DNA of 64,000 nucleotides, taken from IMG/VR virus record IMGVR_UViG_3300045999_008996, positions 158,564 through 222,563 of that record; one strand, 5' to 3'. The notes below the pieces were generated by a model. It did not search any database. It saw only the letters and a program-made list of their open reading frames with translations, and had not been told where the DNA came from. The translations under genes were made by a program, and so were the position numbers. Of this stretch, positions 18,779 to 25,737 are shown piece by piece. Position 1 is the first letter of the stretch, and each line of letters starts with the position of its first letter.

Positions 18779-19822
18779 TTATTTTTTCAATTGAGAGTTA
18801 ATCCAATTATATGTTTTTTCAATACCTTCTTCTAAAGTCATACTGTAGTCCCAACCAAGTTTTTCGCGAATTAGATCATTATTTGAATTGCGACCACGAA
18901 CACCAAGAGGACCGTCAATATGATTCTTTTCTACTACTTTATTAGCAACTCTAGCAGCAGTATCAACAAGTTGATTGATTGTAACCATTTCTTCTGATCC
19001 AATATTAACTGGACCCATGAAATCACTATTCATCATTCTGCGGGTTGCTTCAATGCATTCATCAATATACAGGAAAGAACGAGTCTGTAAACCGTCTCCC
19101 CACACATCAATGGTTCCACCTTCCTCTGGAAGGTAGGCAACTTTACGGCAGATTGCTGCAGGAGATTTTTCCCTTCCTCCTTCCCAGGTTCCTTCAGGTC
19201 CAAAGATATTATGATACCTAGCAACCCTGACAGGAATACCGTAGTTCCTATGATAAGCGAAGTAAAGACGCTCTGAGAAGAGTTTTTCCCAACCATATTC
19301 TGAGTCTGGGTTTGCTGGATATGCGGACTCTTCACGACAATCAGGATTGTCTGGATCTAATTGATTATGCTCTGGATACATGCAGGCAGATCCAGAGTAG
19401 AAAATCTTAGTTTTGTTTACTTCTTTGAAATCATTCAGTTGTCTTTGTGCTTCAAGAACATTCAAATTGATTGTTGCAGAGTTGTGCATGATATCAGCAT
19501 CGTTCTCACCAGTGAAAACGAATCCCGCACCACCCATATCAGCAGCAAACTGATAAATTTCGTCAAAGGTTTCAATGTACCTACTAGGAACAAAATTATA
19601 AAAATTTCTATAAGGACCTTTATATTGAAGAACTCTCTCTACAAAATTTAAGTCTCGCAGATCTCCAATAACAAATTCATGTGCTTCGCTTTCAGAATAT
19701 TCTGGTAGTTTAAGGTCTACACCACGTACCCAATAACCTTCAGATCGTAGTCTTTTTACCATGTGACTTCCAATGAAACCACCAGCACCAAGAACAAGTG
19801 CTGTTTTCTTATATTCACTCAT
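18779..19822 (-). CDS. NAD-dependent epimerase, GDP-mannose 3,5-epimerase-like (WcaG family)
   Basis: GAGGFIGSH, AADMGGAGF, YGWEK, GGREKSPAAICRK. Confidence 0.88.
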   Translation of the reverse strand: MSEYKKTALVLGAGGFIGSHMVKRLRSEGYWVRGVDLKLPEYSESEAHEFVIGDLRDLNFVERVLQYKGPYRNFYNFVPSRYIETFDEIYQFAADMGGAGFVFTGENDADIMHNSATINLNVLEAQRQLNDFKEVNKTKIFYSGSACMYPEHNQLDPDNPDCREESAYPANPDSEYGWEKLFSERLYFAYHRNYGIPVRVARYHNIFGPEGTWEGGREKSPAAICRKVAYLPEEGGTIDVWGDGLQTRSFLYIDECIEATRRMMNSDFMGPVNIGSEEMVTINQLVDTAARVANKVVEKNHIDGPLGVRGRNSNNDLIREKLGWDYSMTLEEGIEKTYNWINSQLKK

Positions 19823-19848
19823 AAACGAATAAATTACTCCTAGTATAT

Positions 19849-19884
19849 ATTATACAAAAAAAGGAGGTTGTTGTCAACCTCCTC
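19849..19884 (-). terminator. Intrinsic terminator overlapping a sigma70 promoter for the sugar island
   Basis: GGAGGTTG-ACAA-CAACCTCC-T7, containing TTGACA-17-TATAAT. Confidence 0.75.
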
Positions 19885-19892
19885 AAGTTATT

Positions 19893-19996
19893 CAGGCTCG
19901 CCACCAATTCTTTGACTGGAAATTGGAAACCAGGCGGGAGAGAGTCCCATCCGCACCAGCAAGAATTTTTATTGTGCCTTATCTTGCGGGCACCAG
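19893..19996 (-). ncRNA. wcaG-like structured RNA (two pseudoknots, UGGYG repeats)
   Basis: GTGCC/GGCAC with GCAAGA/TCTTGC; CTGG/CCAG with CCAATT/AATTGG; TGGTG and TGGCG; upstream of a WcaG-family gene. Confidence 0.7.
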
Positions 19997-20532
19997 GAAG
20001 ACCATTTTTTAGATTTGCTATAAATTCTATTAGCAACTTCCATTTTAGTCATATTATAGTGTTCCATAATAGATTGGATACCAACATACTCTTTACCATC
20101 AACTATAAAAATTTTTTTTGAGGGTTTAACAAAATTTAAAATTCTTTTATTTCTTTCTTCTTCAGAAAGAGAATCCCAATGCTTTTTTACAGAGTGTTTG
20201 ATATTATCTTTATGTTCTTCAGTAATGACTTGTAAAGGTCTAACTTTTTTTAGTTTTTTGCTAATTTTTAGTTTATGTTCTTCACTTAATGGAGTTCTTC
20301 CTTTACTTCCACCACTTTTTCTGTTTAAAAGATTATCTAATATTGATATTAGATATTTTTCGTGTTTTAATGCATCCTCTTCAGAAAGGTTTTTCTTCAA
20401 AAATAATATTTTATCTTTGGTGGGTCTTGGAACATTATGATTTTTATGAAATGCTCTACGACCAGTTCCCTTTCCTATGTAATATGGTGTTCCATTTTCA
20501 CGAAGATATGCATATGTGTAATAGGTCTTCAT
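19969..20532 (-). mobile_element. GIY-YIG homing endonuclease with NUMOD3-like repeats
   Basis: YTYAY...YYIGKG, SEEHKLKIS; AT-rich; own TATAAATA at 20557-20564. Confidence 0.85.
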
Positions 20533-20566
20533 ATAAATTTTACTATTACATAGTATTATTTATATG

Positions 20567-20862
20567 AATGGCTCCACCACTTAGTTTTGAGAAACTAAGA
20601 AAAGTTGGGTTAACTTTGATATCTCGGTAATACCAAAGAAAGCACATAAGAATAGTACATCCCAAAGTTTAAGTTTAATAGCAAAGGGAACTGTGAGTAA
20701 TCCTCCAACAACCTTTATCATCAAACCGTATTTAAATTCTCCCCATAACATAGTTTGATAACCAATTATGAGGAGAATGTTTCCAATCCACCGAAGTAAA
20801 TCAGATTTAGACATAAGGGGTTTTGCTCCCGACCAGTGCTTTTTAAGTCTCTCCGTGACTAT
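20567..20862 (-). ncRNA. Upstream half of the structured RNA array (overlaps a 77-aa ORF)
   Basis: TGGTC and TGGTG units, a cUUCGg hairpin, a 13-bp + 8-bp pseudoknot, CTTAGT/ACTAAG pairing. Confidence 0.45.
20581..20814 (-). CDS. Small multi-TM membrane protein
   Basis: Hydrophobic 77-aa ORF. Confidence 0.6.
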   Translation of the reverse strand: MSKSDLLRWIGNILLIIGYQTMLWGEFKYGLMIKVVGGLLTVPFAIKLKLWDVLFLCAFFGITEISKLTQLFLVSQN

Positions 20863-21111
20863 TTACTCACCATCGTCTCTCACATAACAAGGAACACGAT
20901 CTGGATCTAACCATTTCGCATACTCAATATCCTCCATTGCAGTAGAACATTGTAGCACATTATCAAAAAGATAAATGTCATTCCAGCGTTTTGTATACTC
21001 GTTTTGCTTTTGCATACGGTAATCGGGTTTGCCGTTAATCTCAAGGATACCAACTTCTACGAAACGGTATCCTTCACGTTCCAAAAGAACTTTAGGAAGT
21101 CGTGTCATCAC
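20863..21111 (-). CDS. Hypothetical cyanophage protein
   Basis: ORF track. Confidence 0.7.
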   Translation of the reverse strand: MMTRLPKVLLEREGYRFVEVGILEINGKPDYRMQKQNEYTKRWNDIYLFDNVLQCSTAMEDIEYAKWLDPDRVPCYVRDDGE

Positions 21112-21323
21112 GCCACTTCAACGGATTCAAGATCTGCAAGGACATACTCCATAAGCATTTCATAATCATCAAGAGGATCACCAGAGAATACTACACCTTC
21201 ATTCTCATAGAAACGACGAACCTTTTTGTAGAGTTTCGGATTCTTTACATCAAGGTAGAAGTCACCGTTTGCTGCACCGCGAAGGGTTTGAACGTCTTTC
21301 TTGAATTTTGCTGTGAGAGTCAT
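21108..21323 (-). CDS. Hypothetical cyanophage protein
   Basis: ORF track; sigma70 promoter upstream. Confidence 0.7.
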   Translation of the reverse strand: MTLTAKFKKDVQTLRGAANGDFYLDVKNPKLYKKVRRFYENEGVVFSGDPLDDYEMLMEYVLADLESVEVA

Positions 21324-21376
21324 TGTTTTGAATGTTGACCTTAGTATTATAAGGGTTTGACAGGTAATCTGTCAAG

Positions 21377-21449
21377 TGCTCCTTGCGTGGATCGAACACG
21401 CCTCAGGCGAATTATGAGTTCGCTGCATTCACCAGATTGCTAAAGGAGC
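21377..21449 (-). tRNA. tRNA-Met or Ile2 (CAT)
   Basis: Cloverleaf; GCGAA-CTCATAA-TTCGC. Confidence 0.85.
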
Positions 21450-21453
21450 AAGG

Positions 21454-21541
21454 TACGAGTGGGTGGATTCGAACCACCTCAAAGCCGCTAATCTGGCGGA
21501 AAGGCGTTATAAGTGCCCTCTGACTACCAAGTCTCACTCGC
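21454..21541 (-). tRNA. Atypical 88-nt tRNA, anticodon TAT (Ile), long variable arm, 4-nt D loop
   Basis: GCGAGTG/CACTCGT acceptor; GACT-TGGT-AGTC; loop CTTATAA; GGTGG-TTCGAAT-CCACC. Confidence 0.7.
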
Positions 21542-21579
21542 TTGAACCAGGTCTATTATAGAGGACCTGGAACTCTATG

Positions 21580-21810
21580 TCAAGAACCTTCTTCGTGGTC
21601 AGTGTGTATTCGTATCATATCATCATCCACTTTAGATTCTACTGCAAACTTTATAGTTTCGTTATATGGAACAATCACTGCGTTTCTTTCTCCATCAGTA
21701 ATAATAAATGATTCGCCGTTCTCTACTCTTTGTATTAGATTGTCAAAATCTACTTGAAACTCTTGAACTGTAAATTTTTGGAGATCTGAAAGTTCTGGAT
21801 ACATTTTCAT
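21580..21810 (-). CDS. Phd/YefM antitoxin-like protein
   Basis: FTVQEFQVDFDNLIQRVENGESFIITDGERNAVIVP matches the Phd N-terminal pattern. Confidence 0.6.
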   Translation of the reverse strand: MKMYPELSDLQKFTVQEFQVDFDNLIQRVENGESFIITDGERNAVIVPYNETIKFAVESKVDDDMIRIHTDHEEGS

Positions 21811-21826
21811 AAAGTGAAGTTTATGA

Positions 21827-21898
21827 TCGGGGTGAGAGGGATCGAACCTCTGTCTTCTTGCTCCCAAAGCAAGCCGTCTACCGCTGACTTACACCCCG
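21827..21898 (-). tRNA. tRNA-Pro (TGG)
   Basis: CTTGC-TTTGGGA-GCAAG. Confidence 0.9.
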
Positions 21899-22015
21899 TT
21901 ATTTGTTTCTGTGTATAAACATAATACCAGCAAATGGTACGATTGTCAACCCACATCCACAAAGAAAAAGAAAGAAGGGACTTGCTGCTAATGTTTCAAC
22001 AAGATGAAAAATCAT
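21899..22015 (-). CDS. 38-aa membrane peptide containing the tRNA-Pro promoter
   Basis: MIFHLVETLAASPFFLFLCGCGLTIVPFAGIMFIHRNK; internal TTGACA-17-TATTAT. Confidence 0.5.
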   Translation of the reverse strand: MIFHLVETLAASPFFLFLCGCGLTIVPFAGIMFIHRNK

Positions 22016-22239
22016 CTTCCCCTCCAGTTCTTGTATTCATAATACATGTATTGGTCGGTTTCGTCAAGCCCCTGTAAAGGAGCATGAACGTCCCAGTGTG
22101 ACCATTCAATACAGAACTGTTTAATATGTATATCATTAACAGCAGTCTTTACTCCATACATTCTAGAAAATGAAGACATTGCAAAATGATATTTTTGTCT
22201 AATGTGCGGTTCCATTTCCCTTATATTCTTTGGAGTCAT
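22012..22239 (-). CDS. Hypothetical protein
   Basis: ORF track; true start may be downstream (MEPH). Confidence 0.6.
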   Translation of the reverse strand: MTPKNIREMEPHIRQKYHFAMSSFSRMYGVKTAVNDIHIKQFCIEWSHWDVHAPLQGLDETDQYMYYEYKNWRGR

Positions 22240-22318
22240 AGTATCCTCCTCTTGTTCCGAAATAGAGTGTTGTTAAAACAAACGGAATAGAAATGAAAAT
22301 AAGTGCTTTACCTAACAT
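22199..22318 (-). CDS. ndhP: NDH-1 complex subunit NdhP homolog (39 aa)
   Basis: MLGKALIFISIPFVLTTLYFGTRGGYYDSKEYKGNGTAH: TM helix plus FGTRxGxYDxxxYxGNGxAH; absent from ORF track. Confidence 0.8.
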   Translation of the reverse strand: MLGKALIFISIPFVLTTLYFGTRGGYYDSKEYKGNGTAH

Positions 22319-23330
22319 GATGTCCCCCAAACATATAACGCATTCCGTTTAGGATTTTTGCTCCGAATGATCCGAGATTGCGTGAGTTAAATCTTTCAAA
22401 TAGTGCTGTAGTAATAACAGGAGCGGGAACCCCCAGGTCCACAGCGGCAGAAACAGTCCAACGACCCTCACCACTATCGGATACTCCTCCAGAGAACTGT
22501 TTAAGGCTACCATCCCGGCGTAACACATCAGCAGTAAGATCAAGTAACCAAGACCCAACCACGCTACCGCGACGCCATAACTCAGCAACCTCAGCAACAT
22601 CAATATCATAACAATAGGATTCGGGGTCTGCCATAGGGGCGACTTCTGCATCTCCTTCTCTAACATATTTGGCACCCACATTAGCGTTCTTCAGAATGTT
22701 GAAACCTTCTGCATATGCTTGCATTATTCCATACTCAATACCGTTGTGAACCATCTTCACAAAATGTCCTGCACCTGGACCACCACAATGCAACCAACCA
22801 AACTCAGCAGAAGTTACATCCGAGTCATACTGAGTCCTGGGGGCAGCGTTGATTCCTGGAGCGAGGGCATCAAAAATGCTTGCACAAGTGGCGACCGCAG
22901 TATTTCCGCCACCAACCATAAGACAGTATCCACGATCCAAACCATAAACACCGCCGCTAGTACCACAATCAATATATTGGATACCAAGTTTTGCAAGACG
23001 CTCTGCTCTCTTCCGACTGTCTTTAAAATTGCTATTGCCATGATCAATAATAATATCTCCCTCACCACAATATCGTAGTAACTCATTGATTGTTTCCTCT
23101 ACAGTTTCTGCTGGCACAACCATTTGAAATATTCCTGGATTGCCATTACCTTTTACTACTTGAACAAGGCTTTGTATAGTAGTCGTAACACCATTAACAT
23201 ATCCGTTTTCATATGCTTCTTGAGCCTTTTCATAGTTCCTTCGGTAACCCCAAACCTCAATACCCGCTTTCATCATGCGGCGAGACATTCCTTCACCCAT
23301 TCTTCCCAAACCAATTAATCCTACTTTCAT
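22308..23330 (-). CDS. gnd: 6-phosphogluconate dehydrogenase (short form)
   Basis: GLIGLGRMG, DCGTSGG, GHFVKMVHNGIEY, DSGEGRW, FGGH. Confidence 0.95.
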   Translation of the reverse strand: MKVGLIGLGRMGEGMSRRMMKAGIEVWGYRRNYEKAQEAYENGYVNGVTTTIQSLVQVVKGNGNPGIFQMVVPAETVEETINELLRYCGEGDIIIDHGNSNFKDSRKRAERLAKLGIQYIDCGTSGGVYGLDRGYCLMVGGGNTAVATCASIFDALAPGINAAPRTQYDSDVTSAEFGWLHCGGPGAGHFVKMVHNGIEYGIMQAYAEGFNILKNANVGAKYVREGDAEVAPMADPESYCYDIDVAEVAELWRRGSVVGSWLLDLTADVLRRDGSLKQFSGGVSDSGEGRWTVSAAVDLGVPAPVITTALFERFNSRNLGSFGAKILNGMRYMFGGHHVR

Positions 23331-23422
23331 AAAACCTCCGGATATGCGTGTGTAAGTCCCCAATGTATAAAAAGTCCAATAGACGAAAAAAGAAGAATTG
23401 TAGATATTATTGTTTTAATCAT
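23327..23422 (-). CDS. 31-aa membrane peptide
   Basis: MIKTIISTILLFSSIGLFIHWGLTHAYPEVL; ATGA overlap with gnd. Confidence 0.5.
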   Translation of the reverse strand: MIKTIISTILLFSSIGLFIHWGLTHAYPEVL

Positions 23423-23528
23423 CTTCTTCATCTTCGTAAGCAGATGGTTCTTCAAAGAGTTCTTCCATTTTTTGTTGAAGAACTCTTTTGTTTAGTTTTT
23501 GCAAATCTTCTTCTGTGATTGTTACCAT
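23415..23528 (-). CDS. 37-aa acidic peptide
   Basis: MVTITEEDLQKLNKRVLQQKMEELFEEPSAYEDEEDD. Confidence 0.5.
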   Translation of the reverse strand: MVTITEEDLQKLNKRVLQQKMEELFEEPSAYEDEEDD

Positions 23529-23731
23529 TAGTTTAAAGTAATTTTAAGAAATGGAAGTAACGGGGGAATAACTCCAACTAATCTCAAAAGTCCCTCAGCA
23601 AATAAAGCAAGAACCACCCAACCGACGCACATACTAATGATAGAAGCATTACGGTTGTGTCTTCGGATAGCAGCATCAATCATCTCCTGAACTTCAGAAC
23701 GTGTGATAAATTCTTCTTGTTCGTGCATCAT
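23528..23731 (-). CDS. Small membrane protein
   Basis: ORF track. Confidence 0.7.
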   Translation of the reverse strand: MMHEQEEFITRSEVQEMIDAAIRRHNRNASIISMCVGWVVLALFAEGLLRLVGVIPPLLPFLKITLN

Positions 23732-23877
23732 TTTTCATCGCCAAGAAATTTTGCAAGAGGGTCTCTTCGGGTTTTTACGATTTCAACTGCTCTTTTGTAG
23801 AACATATTATCCATGTTCCCAGAAGATTCAAAAGTTGCTTTGATCTTCACCCAATTATCGTAGGTGTGTTGATCCAT
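23728..23877 (-). CDS. 49-aa hypothetical protein
   Basis: MDQHTYDNWVKIKATFESSG...; manual translation. Confidence 0.55.
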   Translation of the reverse strand: MDQHTYDNWVKIKATFESSGNMDNMFYKRAVEIVKTRRDPLAKFLGDEK

Positions 23878-23992
23878 CGGTTCGTCCCCGTGATACTACT
23901 ATATACTAATCACAGGTATTTCGATGTCAACTTTTTGTGTTCATATCGTAACACTGTTGAAAAAATTATTAAATTTGTAACTATTCTTAAAA

Positions 23993-24078
23993 CGGAAGCG
24001 GTAGGATTTGAACCCACGAACGCTATTAACGTTGGTTGTTTTCAAGACAACTGCCATAAACCACTCGGCCACGCTTCC
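23993..24078 (-). tRNA. tRNA-Ser (TGA)
   Basis: Type II cloverleaf; GTTGT-CTTGAAA-ACAAC. Confidence 0.9.
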
Positions 24079-24088
24079 AGTAGAAGGT

Positions 24089-24340
24089 TCAACGAACCTC
24101 AAAATCCAATCGTTTTACTTTACGTTGGCGTCTTGCTTCTTGAAAAGCAAGATCTTGCGAAGAAAGAACATTTGATTTTTGTTCTTTCTGGATAGAGTTT
24201 AACATAACAATGCGAGATAAGTCAAGTGCTGATATCTTATCTCCACGAATTGTTGCCATATTAGGACAACCACAGGTCACCGTTTTTGAATGATGTCCTG
24301 TTATTTCCTTATTACAATCTTTGCATCTTATTGAAATCAT
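24089..24340 (-). CDS. Small Zn-finger protein
   Basis: CKDC...CGC. Confidence 0.7.
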   Translation of the reverse strand: MISIRCKDCNKEITGHHSKTVTCGCPNMATIRGDKISALDLSRIVMLNSIQKEQKSNVLSSQDLAFQEARRQRKVKRLDFEVR

Positions 24341-24355
24341 GATTCTTCATCCTAT

Positions 24356-24790
24356 TCATTGCAGGTGTGCTCTTAACTGCCAAACAAACTTACCATGAGA
24401 TTCCATTAAATCTTGAACTAAATTTGCTGTAGCATATGACTTTTGATTTTCAGATTCTTCCGAAATCTCTACCATTAAATCACAAAACTTGGTATTGTTA
24501 TCAAGAAGCTCTTGAAGCATTTCTTTTGCTCCAGTTGAACTTGCTGCCTCTTTGATTTGAGTTACCTCAAGCATTCTAGAAAGAGAACTGAGAGGTTTTA
24601 CATTCAAATAACGCATATGTTCCGAAAGACGATCAATCTCTTCAAACATAGTTTCATACTGACCGCCAAAGAGTTGATGAAGTTGAGTGAAGTCTTCACC
24701 TACAACATTCCAATGAAATGCCCAAGTTTTATGGAATAAAACAAAAAGCGATGACTGTGCATCACTCAAGAGTTTATAAAGTTTTTCCAT
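24356..24790 (-). CDS. dps: Dps (DNA-protecting mini-ferritin)
   Basis: FHWNVVGEDFTQLH.LF...IDRLSE; start MEKLY. Confidence 0.85.
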   Translation of the reverse strand: MEKLYKLLSDAQSSLFVLFHKTWAFHWNVVGEDFTQLHQLFGGQYETMFEEIDRLSEHMRYLNVKPLSSLSRMLEVTQIKEAASSTGAKEMLQELLDNNTKFCDLMVEISEESENQKSYATANLVQDLMESHGKFVWQLRAHLQ

Positions 24791-24818
24791 TATACTCTTT
24801 TTATTTTTATTTATCAAG

Positions 24819-24891
24819 TGGGCAAAGAGGGATTCGAACCCCCGACATCCTCCGTGTAAAGGAGACGCTACTACCGCTGAGCTATTTGCCC
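24819..24891 (-). tRNA. tRNA-Val (TAC)
   Basis: Cloverleaf, loop TTTACAC. Confidence 0.9.
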
Positions 24892-24966
24892 TGGCTCCAC
24901 AACCTGGATTCGAACCAGGGACCAAGTGATTAACAGTCACCGACTCTACCGCTGAGCTATTGTGGA
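24892..24966 (-). tRNA. tRNA-Asn (GTT), CCA encoded
   Basis: Loop CTGTTAA. Confidence 0.9.
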
Positions 24967-24970
24967 ATGA

Positions 24971-25041
24971 AGGAAGTTACTGGACTTACACCAGTTACGA
25001 GGGCATTGTCTGCTTGTCTTGATTCTTTGACTTAACTTCCT
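24971..25041 (-). ncRNA. Degenerate tRNA-like element (intact acceptor and T stems, no canonical anticodon arm)
   Basis: AGGAAGTT/AACTTCCT; ACTGG-TGTAAGT-CCAGT; GCA-GACAA-TGC. Confidence 0.55.
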
Positions 25042-25080
25042 TTGGCGTCTTTCTATGCTATCTGCATAACGACTACCAAG

Positions 25081-25152
25081 AGCGAAAGACGAGATTCGAA
25101 CTCGCAACAACCTGCTTGGAAGGCAGGGACTCTACCGTTGAGTTACTTTCGC
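25081..25152 (-). tRNA. tRNA-Gly (TCC)
   Basis: Loop CTTCCAA. Confidence 0.9.
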
Positions 25153-25191
25153 AATGAGACAATCATAAACTATTTTAGTTTGATTGTCAAG

Positions 25192-25273
25192 TGTCGATGA
25201 GAGGACTTGAACCTCCACAGATTAATCTACTGGAACCTAAACCCAGCGCGTCTACCAATTCCGCCACATCGAC
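25192..25273 (-). tRNA. tRNA-Leu (TAG)
   Basis: Type II; loop TTTAGGT. Confidence 0.9.
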
Positions 25274-25277
25274 TTGA

Positions 25278-25324
25278 TGGAGTAAGTATGATATACCTCA
25301 TAAGGATATAACAGTGACTTACCC
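25278..25324 (-). ncRNA. 47-nt armless tRNA-like hairpin with CUUAUGA loop
   Basis: GGGTAAGT/ACTTACTC outer stem, TATATC/GGTATA inner stem, ends ...CTCCA. Confidence 0.45.
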
Positions 25325-25367
25325 TCTATCATTTTATATATTAACAGACTCAAAAGAATCTGTCAAG

Positions 25368-25440
25368 CGTCCTTTGAGAGATTCGAACTCCCGCACATAG
25401 GTTCGTAGCCTACTGCTCTATTCCACTGAGCTAAAAGGAC
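25368..25440 (-). tRNA. tRNA-Arg (ACG)
   Basis: Loop CTACGAA. Confidence 0.9.
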
Positions 25441-25443
25441 AAG

Positions 25444-25515
25444 TTCTGAGGGTAGGATTCGAACCCACGAATGGCGGGACCAAAACCCGCTGCCTTACCG
25501 CTTGGCGACCTCAGA
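25444..25515 (-). tRNA. tRNA-Gln (TTG)
   Basis: Loop TTTTGGT. Confidence 0.9.
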
Positions 25516-25587
25516 AGCCCTCAATTGGATTTGAACCAACGACCTACTCATTACTAGTGAGTTGCTCTACCACTGAGCTATAAGGGC
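25516..25587 (-). tRNA. tRNA-Thr (AGT)
   Basis: ACTCA-CTAGTAA-TGAGT. Confidence 0.85.
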
Positions 25588-25589
25588 GG

Positions 25590-25660
25590 GGTGCCGTGAG
25601 GGAATCGAACCCTCATATAGAGAACCACAATCTCCTGTCTTACCATTAGACTAACGACAC
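25590..25660 (-). tRNA. tRNA-His (GTG); G-1 not encoded
   Basis: Loop TTGTGGT; C73; position -1 is T. Confidence 0.85.
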
Positions 25661-25661
25661 A

Positions 25662-25735
25662 AGGCAGTAGATAGATTTGAACTATCGACCATAGGCATAT
25701 GAGACCCGTGCTCTGCCAGACTGAGCTATACTGCC
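25662..25735 (-). tRNA. tRNA-Met or Ile2 (CAT)
   Basis: Loop CTCATAT. Confidence 0.8.
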
Positions 25736-25737
25736 AA

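Noticed and set aside
19893-20862. tmRNA or group I intron identity for the pseudoknot array
   Set aside because: No tRNA-Ala-like domain or tag frame, no recognisable P7 core and no interrupted host gene; not formally excluded without a covariance search
23937-23954. NtcA-like palindrome TGTT-N8-AACA
   Set aside because: Deviates from GTA-N8-TAC in both half-sites; too weak to call
24791-24940. N-terminal extension of Dps in the ORF track (also 21811-21867 for the Phd-like ORF)
   Set aside because: Extensions run through tRNA genes; starts moved downstream
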